This document shows, in pieces, positions 13,700 through 25,103 of a stretch of DNA of 64,000 nucleotides; within the stretch, counting starts at the first letter, position 1, and every line of letters begins with the position of its first letter. The stretch lies in the NCBI GenBank assembly GCA_977862235.1, contig OZ374563.1:310001-374000 (forward strand), given 5' to 3'. Source of the DNA: Dudresnaya verticillata (lineage: Eukaryota). The notes under the pieces are model-generated. The model did no database searches, was not told the DNA's origin, and saw only the letters and a program-made list of their open reading frames with translations. The position numbers and the translations under genes were made by a program.

Positions 13700-14035
13700 A
13701 TGCCCCGCCTGCTCCCCCTCTTCGTGTTGCTAGCTCTGCTCTCGCTTGTCCGAGCCCGCTGTGCAGGGACTTGCAGCTGCAAGAACAATGTCGCTGTTAT
13801 TGGCTACGGGACTACTGAGAAGGCTGCCAAGGACAATGTTGGAGTCAAGTGCATCCGGAAGAACAAGTGCTTCTCGTCGTGCTGCTGCCGCTGCCCGACG
13901 CAGAGAATTCATTGCCGTCCAGTCGGGCACAGCTGGTTCTGCTACAGCGTGTGTATCTCCAAGCCTGGTTATACTGTCCAGTGTATCTACTGCCGTATCT
14001 TCGGGTTGGGAACCGAGCCTCGTTCTGAGGCTTAA
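13700..14035 (+). CDS. Small secreted cysteine-rich protein (111 aa, 14 Cys)
   Basis: ATG at 13700 gives a signal-peptide-like MPRLLPLFVLLALLSLVRA followed by a basic mature region with 14 Cys, including CCCRC. Confidence 0.75.
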   Translation: MPRLLPLFVLLALLSLVRARCAGTCSCKNNVAVIGYGTTEKAAKDNVGVKCIRKNKCFSSCCCRCPTQRIHCRPVGHSWFCYSVCISKPGYTVQCIYCRIFGLGTEPRSEA

Positions 14036-16536
14036 GTGCTGAGCACATTTCAGGCAAGGTAGCCGGTAGGTTGAGAACATTCCCCTCACGGCACGATTGC
14101 ATTCAGTACCTTTCTTTCCAACCGTTTTCAGTTCTTCACGGCAGAATTTCAAGGAATGCACGACACCGACGTTGCGATGAGGCACTTTGATTGAGCAAAT
14201 GCACTGTAACAACACGTAAGTGTTAACCCCCAACCATGTATTCAGCTTTAACCTAGGCATCTCTTAGTGAGGCTTATGCTCGGGTCAGGGGCAAGAGCAA
14301 GTGTTACTTTGCTGGATCTAGCCAATAGCAGCTCGTATTGTTGCACTAAAGACTCCGACAACAAGACGAACATCAGTAGAATTCTCTTTAAAAGTCCCTC
14401 CTAAGTAGAACCAATTTCTAGACCGCACTGTCACTCGTATGGTACACCTGCAGCCGCGAATGGTGATTCTCTGCATCTTTGAATCCACATGAACGATTCT
14501 TTTCATGTTGTGTGACTATGAATCATCCATGATGATGATGAATCACCATGATTAACGTCAACTTTACTTATCAGTCGTTATCAAGACTTCTAGTGTGTCC
14601 TCCTCTACGATAAGTAAGAAGCTCTTATGGAGAGTATTCCTTCTGATAGAGACTGCAACAAGTCTTACCATCAATATCCATATAGTGCTGTTTGCGCTGT
14701 TTGCTGAAACACTATTCGATCTATTTATTGTTCTTCTATTAGATTTGCCCGGTGGCAAAGCATATGTCCCTTCAAGGATGCCTCCATCCCCAGGGGCAGC
14801 AACAGTCCCGCTAGGATCGAAGACCTGTAATTACGTTGGCGTTGGCGCTGTGCAGTTTAGAGTCGCAGTCATGCAAGACAATTGTGGACGGATATACTAG
14901 AGCGAGGGTTTTCGAACCGTTTGGTGAAGGAGTAACGAATGGTATCCGCCACCATCACATTACCTTGAATCTTCTCTCTCTCCCACTACCTTCTTTGAAG
15001 CTGCCGCCTTCCCTCGCCGCATCCGCCGCCATTACAGCCCCGATATGCACACTATAGTAGTGTATTCGTGCTATTCGGACTGTCATACACAAAGCGCATA
15101 TACTCATAGGCGTATGTATGCGTTTGCCAACCACTTATCCAAGTACTGTAGTGTACTTAGATTCTGTAGTAAAGGCAGCGCGACGAGCCCAAACAGAGAG
15201 CTTCCAGAAGGGGAGGAGCTGTGGAACAGAGTTCAGCGAGCTTGTCATCCCCGAGCACCATTCTACCTCCATTGACCACGCTACCGGGATCCGGCGGCTA
15301 AAGAGCCAGAGGATGCCGCAATACTCGAAACGCCCACTGCCACACGACGATGCTAGCGTCAGGTGTAAGCCCGCAAGCTAAAGTACCTTTGCTATACGTT
15401 GATCCATTGGTGTTTGATTGGTCTCCCGTTCCCTTTTCCTGCAAGTTGCCATTCGGGCACTCTCTCATGAAACGTTGCGATTACTCCGGATCTATCACAA
15501 GGACTGTCTTCCACTATTGTCACGGAGAAGCAAGCCGCAGGATCATCGCCTTCCAAAAGCGGCTCAAGATGGTCTATCTCGAGATGCACGCTGCTACACG
15601 ACTATACTAGCCTCAGCTGAATGGAATTCCTCAAGCAGCTATTTAACGATATGCTGTGGCGAACCAGCTCTGTATGTTATTCCCGAAGCTAAATTGTGGT
15701 TTATAGTCAATACGAGGAACTCCTCTAAAACAATCCTAGCAGGCACAAGACTATAAGGAAGCCCTCCTGGGACTGCGTTTGCACGGAATTGAAGTACTGT
15801 GCGAATAGGTTCACATCGTTATGGGACTCCTAGAAATCTGAATCAGGCTTTTCTCCTGTAGCTCTACAACCTCAAGATACAGTACAGGCCATATTGCATT
15901 TGCCCTAAGATAATAAGATACTTGTGGCACAGTGTGTCCGAGCGATATCAATGCTTTTCCTCATTACCAAGTATCGTACGGTACAATCCTTCCGTACTTC
16001 AATAGTATCCTGTTTTCTGCCAGGGTTGGTCATATCCAATTGTCACATTTTGCTCACTGATAGTAAACATTTACTAATTGTTTCGTTTGATCCCGCTCGG
16101 GAAACTACTGACCCAATAGCTGGCGCATCAACACAAAGTGCCATAAACACAAGGGGGCTACGTATGGAGTAGGCTAATCTGCGAGTGTGACAAACATAGA
16201 ACCGTCGCGTATGTAGTGTATCTGCCTATAGGCCCTCGCCGTTGATGCAGCTGCCAATCTAGACCCCGTCTCGTAAAGCTACGCATCGCATGACCATCAC
16301 TCATCATTACGAAACCACTGCATCGTTACCAATTCATCTTCGGATAGTTCCTCTCGGTTGTATCTCCGAATAATACAAAAAACCAGCAATGTGGCAAATG
16401 GGCCCGTCCGTTTCCGAGACAGTCTCGCGTACGCGAAAGTAGAAGCGAAAGAGAAAGAGAAGGGGGAAGCGAGTGGATGGATACACCACGCTGATAGGGC
16501 CTTATGCAGGTTTGCATGCCCTTCGCCATCGTCCGG

Positions 16537-16578
16537 CGCCAACGGGTCGACGCCAACGGGTCGACGCCAACGGGTCGA
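16537..16578. repeat. 14-bp tandem repeat (CGCCAACGGGTCGA) x3
   Basis: Three exact copies starting at 16537, 16551 and 16565. Confidence 0.9.
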
Positions 16579-17335
16579 ATATATTTATTCTACAGCTGGA
16601 CAGCTGTGTGCAATCCACAGCATATCCTGTGACTTGCGTCCACAAGCAAGGACTTCGACCCTTCCTCCAGGCGGGGGACCTGGTAGCAGGCCAATCATGT
16701 AGACAGGCGTGGCAGCCCATCGCATATGCGCAAGAGCACCAATGAAAATGTGAGCATACGCTACGATAGAACGCACCCAATACTTCAACGCATCACTCAG
16801 AGCATCAGCTCGGCGTGTCGGCCGAGTGCTCAACAGGCCCCCGTACTCTGTACTGAGCTCACCTCTCGACGCCTTGCTGGGTCGGGCATTGGGGCTATTG
16901 GCTTGCGGACGCTACGGCGTATCGAGCGCCCAGGAGTTAAAACCATCATTTGCTCAGCTTGCAGGGCTTTTCCCACTTTCTAGTAGATCGCACACTAAAA
17001 GATAAAATGTATACGAGCGAGCATTTCCTCCACACTGTTGCGACCGTTCCCGCGTTCATACGGTAGATGGCCCGATACGACTTGCTTCAGGCTTTGGGAA
17101 TCTCTGTTCTATTATGGCAAGCGAAGATGTTCAATTGAACCCAGATAACTGGAACGATAATGAAGAGCGTCCAATCGAGTTCCGTTGTGGGTGGGAAATG
17201 GCGGGCAACAATTCAAACGAAAGACCAGAACAGGACGATCAGCAAAAATCGTGGGCACACTAGACACTGCCTTGTCAACAGATTTGTGGTGCTTTAGTAA
17301 TATATAACGCCTGTCTCCTAAATGGAGAACCTCTT

Positions 17336-17400
17336 CTATATATAGATAGAAGGTATAGAACGTATTTATATATATAGAAGGGGTATATATATATATATAT
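17336..17400. repeat. Imperfect (TA)n-rich tract
   Basis: Visible TA dinucleotide runs. Confidence 0.8.
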
Positions 17401-18412
17401 CCCCTCGATAAACCGTTCTCGTCGTATCTGACCATGTTTACCAAGTTGCACTTTTAAATGCGCAATTGCGCTGGTATTACACCCGGGAAGGAAACGAATA
17501 CGTCGAGTGAATATTGTCAGTGAGGAGGCAACCGTTGGATAACATTTTTGCGCAGCGAGGGAGAAGACCGTTTACTGTACTGCCGGCGCTGCGATCAAAA
17601 GGAAGCCTTTTTATATGGGAACAGTATCCTGAACACTCAAAGACCTCTCGCTGCGCCGAGTAGAACGTCACAGAACCTTCCCGTAACCTCGGCCCGGCTT
17701 TTTGGCGTATACTCTTCCGGATACCAAGACCAGGACTCTTCCTTGGAAGATTTGTGGTCCTCTGAATGACCGGCTTTGCAACTTGAAATAGTTCGTACTC
17801 TGTTAGCGCTCTTGCCAATGAGCGGCTGATCTCTGCAAGGGCTTCTTCTGCATGCCAGTAGTTCCCTCGACCCCCTCACAGTCGATAGCAGTGAATTTGA
17901 ATGACATATCGTAGACCAGTTCCCTTCACCCAGGTGCTCTTGTTGAGACTGGATATTGCAGGCGACCTAGTTTTTCGAATTCGATAAATGCCATAGATCA
18001 ATTTCCACCCTGCCGGAAAGCATACGGGATGCTAACGATATCATCATCTCTACTTTCTGTCGATCCAGTGGACGATACATGTACATTCTTCTTGTAGCAG
18101 TCCGTCTATTCTGTCATATCGAGTCACGGGTCAGCAAAAGCTGATACTTTTCTGTGTACGCCGTCACTTGCATCTTCGAAACGTGATCTTCGAGAGGCGG
18201 TTCCCACTGCAAGTAGCAGCATCGATGGAGACACTAGTGTAAAGAAGGATTGGCTTCTTTTCAGCAATTTCCAGGTCGCCCCTTTTTAGACAAACACACA
18301 CTGGCGAGAAAACATATTGGAGTCCCTTCTTGTCTAGGGGTCGAAAAGACGAGAAAGCCATGTATAGTTACTTTTTGGAACGAGCCACGCTCACCCTATT
18401 TTAGAGAGCGAA

Positions 18413-19411
18413 ATGGAGCACAGCGCTACAGAAACTGACGCTAATTACGTATTTCTCCAAGCGATGGACCTTTTTGAGGGGACAAATGGCGTTGAGAAAG
18501 ACATTATCCGCGCTAAAGAGCTTTTCGAACTCGCTGTAGAAGACGGCCATGTTGACGCGACGTTCATGCTGGGCTGGCTGCTTCACCAGGGATGTGACGG
18601 GGTAACCGAAGACAAGCTTCGGGCCAAGGAGCTGTACGAGAGAGCGGTGAGCGAAGGCTGCGTCGAGGCAATGATGCAGTTAGGCTGCCTCTTGCACGCT
18701 GGAGCGCGCGAAGTGCCCAAGAATCTTCCGAAGGCCAAGACGCTTTACGAGAGCGCCATTAGCGGCGGAAAGTTTGAAGCGATTTACCACTTGGGCCATT
18801 TGCTTTCTATTGGTGGAGAAGGAGTGGAAAAGGATGCGCCGAGAGCTGTCGAGCTTTTCGAACAGGATGTAGAAAGGGGGAACGCCAGTGCGATGAATTC
18901 CTTAGCAATTCTCCTGGTGAGCGGTGAAGATGGGGTCTCAAAAGATGTTCCGCGTGCCGTCCAACTCTACGAGAGTGCCATTGAGAAAGGCGACCCCTGC
19001 GCGAGGAACAATCTCGCCGGCCTGCTTCTCCACTCTGTGTCTGGAGTAGACAGGGACATACCGCGTGCCATGCGGCTTTACGAGGTTGCGATCGAGAGCG
19101 GAGATGTCGATGCTATGATCAGCTTGGGGCTGCTGTATGAAAATGGATGTAAGGGAGTTCCGAAAGACCCACAGCGTGCTAGAGGGTTCTATGAACGTGC
19201 AGCGCAGAGCGGGCGCGCGGAAGCCATGTTCTACTTGGGCGTTCTTCTGGAAGGCGGAGTTGAAAATATTCCAAGAGACTTCCGGCGAGCAGAACAGCTC
19301 TTCAGGAAAGCTGCACAAAGAGGAGACCCGAGAGCTACAGAGAAGCTTCGAATTTTAGCGCAAGAAGTTGAGTCTTCTACGACACTGACACACACGAGTG
19401 GGCAAGGATGA
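18413..19411 (+). CDS. SEL1-like (TPR-type) repeat protein, 332 aa
   Basis: About 8 repeats of A(M/I)xxLGxLxxxGxxGVxKDxxRAxxL(Y/F)ExAxxxG. Confidence 0.92.
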   Translation: MEHSATETDANYVFLQAMDLFEGTNGVEKDIIRAKELFELAVEDGHVDATFMLGWLLHQGCDGVTEDKLRAKELYERAVSEGCVEAMMQLGCLLHAGAREVPKNLPKAKTLYESAISGGKFEAIYHLGHLLSIGGEGVEKDAPRAVELFEQDVERGNASAMNSLAILLVSGEDGVSKDVPRAVQLYESAIEKGDPCARNNLAGLLLHSVSGVDRDIPRAMRLYEVAIESGDVDAMISLGLLYENGCKGVPKDPQRARGFYERAAQSGRAEAMFYLGVLLEGGVENIPRDFRRAEQLFRKAAQRGDPRATEKLRILAQEVESSTTLTHTSGQG

Positions 19412-19784
19412 ATGCAAGGCACCTATGCGGCAATGAGAGGTCAACCTGAAGTGGACACAGATGCAATGAACGGAAAGCTGTACTTCTCTTCACAGAGGGG
19501 TTTTGTAAAGGACTTTTATTGTGTCTCTTCTAACAGATGATTGCAGGTAAAGAGCGAAGCGGCGGCGGTGGATCTCCAGTGTCAAGATACCTGATAGCGA
19601 GGTAGCTGAGAGAAGAACAGGTCCTTGATGGACCACGTTTCCAGGGCTGGGTCTGTGTTTGAAGAAATGAAAAGCTAGGTATGCTCTAATCTGTTACCCT
19701 CTCTATTATCCAGGGGGTCGATTTTCTAACCAACTGGAAATATGTAAGGTCGTTCTAATAGGATGGCAGCGCGCTGATGCATCT

Positions 19785-22473
19785 ATTACCATAACAGCTT
19801 GATATGTACGTGAACGGAAAGGAACCTCGCTGGCGTTGCCACATCGTCATTATGTCAAAACCGAGCGACAATAAATCTAGCCTCACAAAGCAAGCCCTAA
19901 CCCCACATAACATATTCAATGACTTGCGGAAATAATTGCTCTTGAAGGGGCTTAAATGTATTCGAATAATAATCTGGAATAATAGATGTATGAATTTCAG
20001 CTACGTCGGTAAAAGTTCTTGTTCTCTCTCCAAAACCATTTATGGCTCTACGCCGCTTCTCCTCCAATTTGCAAGAGCAGCGGTCGACTAGTAAGCTGCT
20101 TGGTGCTAGTCTTCGCTCCAGATATACAACAACTTGTGCATGTAATCCAATTTCTGCGCTGCAGATAGTGTATATCATGTAATCTAATTTACCGCTTGAC
20201 TAAGGCAAGGGACCGTACTGTAGCAATGGGTCCCGTTTTTATTCAAAAAGAATGAAAGAGAACATTCTGTTCTCCATGAAATGAACCCCTCAACAATGTG
20301 GAATACTTCAAAATCTCGTTATTGTTCCAGTTATTAATACCGTACATTCCCATTTGGGACGATTCATGAGATGGAGGCCTCGTATAGGAGTCATGAGAGA
20401 GCACACTTTATCTAGAAAATTTGTAGTCGATTCAATGCAGCTATGGTGCTGGAAGAATTACTGCATGGTTGTTAACGTTGCAGCTGCAATATGCGACAGA
20501 ATGCTAATGTCTTCAGCGCTCTCTTTTGTACTACATGAAGCCAGGGCATGGGCACGGCTCTAACAGACCTTACTAGTTTGTCTTAAAAATAATTGGAGGT
20601 GGCTTAACGAGGGCGTCACCTTCCTCATAGAACGCTGGAGGCTGGAAAATACGCTGCCCGGCGTGTAGCGCTTTCATGTGCATCACTTCACAAGCCAAAT
20701 CTGCACTATTGCCACTTAGCAGCAATATTTCTTTCACGCTCTCCTCAGTCTCATTTTGGCATATGTCTCCGTAAACGGACCTCCTTATGATTAAGTTTTT
20801 GAGAACATTTTCGTCAACAGCTTCTGCCTTCTCACATCCAAGAATGCGTGCGATACTTTCGGAACATCCGTCGGTCTTGGCGACTTCTTCCAAGATCTTC
20901 TGCCGATTTTTGACACCAGACTGGGCCTTGCCGCTCCACTTTTGCATCAGGTTCACTGCAACTACGGCTTTTCCAAGTGAAAGCGGTTCGACGCCTTCTT
21001 GGTATCCCTGAAGTTGATTATCCTTTCCGAGGCAGAAGTCTGTGAGTAGCATGCAGTTACACACCTCGAGATAGTAGCCATCAGGATCACGGAAAAAGTA
21101 CTGCCGTATGATCTTGTCGTCATTGTTACTATCGTTCGTGCCTTGTCCGCCATCGCGACCTCCCTTTGGAACCGAAACGTTTTGCCGGAATGGAATTCCA
21201 AGCTCTCTCAGCATGTGTGGCACCTTGTCTATATCATATGTTTCCAGACTAATGTGGTTCACAATCAAGTCGTCCCCGGTGTGAACGATTGGAACGCCCT
21301 TAATCAGATGCAACTCAACATTACCCATAGTGAACCAGGCCCCATGCTTATCGAAGTCTGGACGGCGGATCTGTTGCAGGCCTATAACATTGGCATAGAA
21401 CTGGGCGCTCCGTCCAACATCACTGACAATAATAGCGATGTGGTTGGCTTTGTAAATATACTTGCCCAAACCTCTCTTTTCGCGATTTTCGTCCCAGTGC
21501 AGGGCAGGATCCAGGTCAGCGTTCCGTGTTGCTTTCGTCATGAGGCTCATTCGCATGACATCAGCTGCATTCTTTAGGTCGTCGACGTACACTTCTCCCG
21601 AGTCAGTATAGTCGAAGAGGCTGAGAACATCCCTCGCATCTCCGGACAAGGTGTCTAGCCTGATACACTTCCCAGTGGGAGGCATCTTTCTCTCACTCGG
21701 ACTCGGCGGCTGCACTGCTCTGATTTCTTCCTCCGGAATATCTTCTACAATGGTATACCCAAAAGAGGTCAGAATGCACTCAAATTCCGAAGCTGAGATT
21801 TGACCATTTCCGTCTAGGTCATACATGCTGATCATCTCCGTCATCTCACTGTCTTCCATGTCGATGTTCATGTTGGCCATGAACTGCTTCAGTTCTGCTG
21901 CAGTCAGATATCCACTGCAATCTATGTCGATAGTCGTGTACATCTGGACGAGTTCTGTCCGAGTGATTTCATTAACGGAGTTACAGCCTTCCTGGAGTAG
22001 CTTTACAAAAGCCGTGAAATCAAGCCCATCGTGACAATCAGAGCCAACGCCGACAAGCATCTGCTTGATTTCCTCTTCACTTCGTTCTTGACCTAGCGTG
22101 TAAAGAGCTTGTTTCAGTTCTTCCGCGCTTATTGTTCCATCCCCATTTCTGTCGAAGTACTTGAACGTTTGACGCCATCCAGCCTTATCAGTTGATTCTC
22201 TTCGAATAAGCCGACTTTCCGCAGCAACAGGTGTCACTCCTAACAATTCGGAGCTCCCCATCTCAACGAAATTTCGTACTCAATACAATCAAACGTTGCA
22301 AACCTTCTAGAGCCTCAGAGAGCACCTTGAGAAATCCGTGTGACGGTTGGTGGTGCACAGCGAAACTTGGGTGATAGTGGTGGGCTTTTATACCTTTTTT
22401 TTCTCTAGGGGAGGGCTTATGGGGAGTGCTTCCCATGACTTCAAAGAACTGATTTACCTGCGGGAGGGATTAC
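19785..22473 (-). repeat. Right arm of the ~2.7-kb inverted duplication
   Basis: Reverse complement of ~9035..11722. Ends are approximate. Confidence 0.9.
20573..22261 (-). CDS. EF-hand (calmodulin-like) + VOC/glyoxalase-I-like fusion protein, 562 aa, intact copy
   Basis: EF loops DRNGDGTISAEE, DIDCSGYLTAAE, DLDGNGQISASE and DYTDSGEVYVDD, plus one degenerate loop. VOC motifs NHIAIIVSDVGRSAQFY, GAWF..VELHL, NHISL and QYFFRDPDGYYLEVCNC. Confidence 0.9.
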   Translation of the reverse strand: MGSSELLGVTPVAAESRLIRRESTDKAGWRQTFKYFDRNGDGTISAEELKQALYTLGQERSEEEIKQMLVGVGSDCHDGLDFTAFVKLLQEGCNSVNEITRTELVQMYTTIDIDCSGYLTAAELKQFMANMNIDMEDSEMTEMISMYDLDGNGQISASEFECILTSFGYTIVEDIPEEEIRAVQPPSPSERKMPPTGKCIRLDTLSGDARDVLSLFDYTDSGEVYVDDLKNAADVMRMSLMTKATRNADLDPALHWDENREKRGLGKYIYKANHIAIIVSDVGRSAQFYANVIGLQQIRRPDFDKHGAWFTMGNVELHLIKGVPIVHTGDDLIVNHISLETYDIDKVPHMLRELGIPFRQNVSVPKGGRDGGQGTNDSNNDDKIIRQYFFRDPDGYYLEVCNCMLLTDFCLGKDNQLQGYQEGVEPLSLGKAVVAVNLMQKWSGKAQSGVKNRQKILEEVAKTDGCSESIARILGCEKAEAVDENVLKNLIIRRSVYGDICQNETEESVKEILLLSGNSADLACEVMHMKALHAGQRIFQPPAFYEEGDALVKPPPIIFKTN

Positions 22474-22572
22474 CCACCCGATCAAAACAAATAAATAATT
22501 TTGGTGCTCAGGTCACAGGTTTCTTCTATCATAACCGAAGCGAGCAAAAGTATTGGTGCCTCTGTATGCGGC

Positions 22573-22627
22573 CTCAATTGCCATCAAGCGTACCCAGACG
22601 GCTCAATTGCCATCAAGCGTACCCAGA
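22573..22627. repeat. Direct duplication with 29-bp period (CTCAATTGCCATCAAGCGTACCCAGA x2)
   Basis: Two copies visible at 22573 and 22602. Confidence 0.85.
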
Positions 22628-25103
22628 TTGCACCGAAACCAACTAGTGTACGAGGATTGGTGTCAGGGATGCACAGCCGTTGGAGCTAGCTGTCCATCAG
22701 CTCCGAGAGCCACACAGAAGGAGTAGGATCATGATTTTTGCAGCGGTGCTTGTACTTTCAAAACACCTGCCCACCACTAATGGGCCTGTGACTGCATCAA
22801 AAAAGGCCCTTGCTTGTAGCATCAGTGTTGGCTCTTTTCTGCAAGTGCGGCACGCTTTCTTGGCTACCTGCAATTGCATCTCGACCACTCGGTAGTAATA
22901 AGGTGAAGCTCTAGATGTGGAAGCCGTTATTGGGCCTCATACCGAGTGCTCAAACTTCGTCACTACGAGAAGGTGAGCAGAACCAACAGAGATGGCTGTC
23001 GCGAAGGGTGTTGTATGTTGCTGTGGACTTTCCTGTCAAATCACAGAGGCTAGCAGTTGACCCCCCCCCCCCCCCCCCCCATTTCAGTGTGCTTCTTCCC
23101 TTTGATAGAAGTGCTTTGCTTTTTAAGTGGCAGCGCTGGCTGAGCAATTTGACTCGGGATTGTCAGCTTCTTCTGGCGAGTAGAGTGACTCAGGAAGCAT
23201 TTGCGCGACTCTTGCATGCGCAGGCGTTGAGAACTCGTCGGGCACTGTATTCTGCTAAGCCCCAAAGCTCCAAAGCGCAGCTGTCAGAAGCTTCGCATTC
23301 ACTCACGTTTGCGGTTGACTGCTTTTTTTGGGACATGTACTGTATACATGACCACTCACATTTCTGCTATGTATTAGAATCGTCATCATTCTCTAACAGA
23401 GTCCCTCTTCTCTTTGGTGCAACACTCTTGTTCGAATCTGGTTGAAGCAGGCGTGCGATTTTCTTAAAAATTTTGATTCAGAGTCCGCAGTGTCTCCTTC
23501 TGCAATCTCAGTGGGGCACATTTAGCCACATACACATCAGAGTTATTGACAACTTCGCAATTCTATTCGGCAGGCCATTATTGGCAGCGCAATGGAGTGG
23601 AGAAGAGTGCACTCAGTTTGAGAGTCCCCTTCCTACCCAGGCTTCCGTTATGGATGTTGTTGTTTTGTGCAATGGAGCCAATAAACAGTTTGCCGGACTG
23701 TGTTCTACATATTCTGACGTGCAGCCATGGCGGCATGGTGCAAGTGAGGCTGGCCTTGTATCTATGGACTCCTTGCACCTACGACACCAACGCCGAGCGT
23801 GTCCCAGTAGGGCACTGTCTGCAGAAGGCAATGTCATCGCCATCTTGATGCCATCCTGGTCAGTTCAGCACTTCCCCGTGGATTTTTTTCGTAGATGTTT
23901 CCTGGGTTGCTGGGGCGCTACCGCCCCACCCTGGGTAAGAGGGGTGAGACGTTCTGCCACCTGAATGGTCCCCGTACGCCAATAGAAAATCGTTTTTGCC
24001 ATCGGTCTCCACCTCCATATTACTTGGCACCTCCCCATTGGCCCGGAATTTGAATGGTGAAAATCGCTTATTACGGAATGCTGGGTCTGAAGCATTTCCT
24101 TTCCCACCTGCACCTACGGGACTCGCAGCATGCGACGAGTATGAACTTTCAGCCAGAAGGTTTTTGATTTTGATCCGACTTATTGTTTTAGGAGTGTACG
24201 CAACAGAAGGAATTTCCCGTAGAAGCAGGTATTAGGGACACAGCCTTCGTAGCCGCAAAATAAAGAAGTTGGGCACGAGAACCTTATTCCTGTGGTGCTC
24301 ATCGACAGATGTGTGATCCAACCTCCTTTGTGCGCCAGGCCCGCTAATTACAGTGGCACTAGCTCCTGACCTCCACGGAGGATACGCTCTCAACAAACCA
24401 TAAGTAGAGGTTGCCACCCTGTCTGAGGGGCTGATATGAGCACGAGGGTTGTTATTGGCCCGGGGTGTAGACGAGGGCCAATAACAAGCCAGGGCGCTGT
24501 GAATAGATTTAATAGAAATAGAAGTATTTTCCGGGCCAAGCTTGATAACCTGATGCAGTGCTCATAACCTACTCCAGACCCAGTGCGGTTAATCTGCATT
24601 TGCACTGGATGCGCAGCGACAATATCTCAGATTTTTTCTTATAAAAGGATTTAAAGCTCACTGTTATGTAACTCTACGAAGGTTGCGATAGTGCTTTCCG
24701 TACAGCATTATAGATACCGCTCTAAATACTGTTCCTCAACAAGCACTGGCAAGTTTTCCATATATTTCCCATCAAGATGCAGACACAACGGCTGTGGCGG
24801 CGTGCGAAGCCATCTTTGGAAACTCGACGGCTTGCAAATGTTGGTGCACTCGTCAATACGTATCGACGACGGTGATGACCGAGTCGTTTCAGAGTCGATT
24901 GCTTTGGCGTTTGTCTTTGCCCAATCACGAGATTGTCTCATCAAAACCCTCAAGTTCTTTAGAGCACCGGCAGCTTTGGGGACACATTTTATTGGCGCAA
25001 AAGACAAAGACCAACAAAACAAGCTACAGACCAACTCTTGGCCGTAAAGAGTGCGCATTCGTCACAGCTACCACCTCCTTGGCGTGAAAAAAGAGCCCTC
25101 GCG

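Noticed and set aside
11800..18400. Many 60-176 aa ORFs in the spacer, other than the Cys-rich peptide
   Set aside because: No codon bias or motifs; consistent with random ORFs in degraded intergenic or transposon DNA.
22700..24600. Possible very degraded LINE RT relic (GRGLSN*VHSSPL) and poly-C tract
   Set aside because: Motif similarity is too weak to call by eye.
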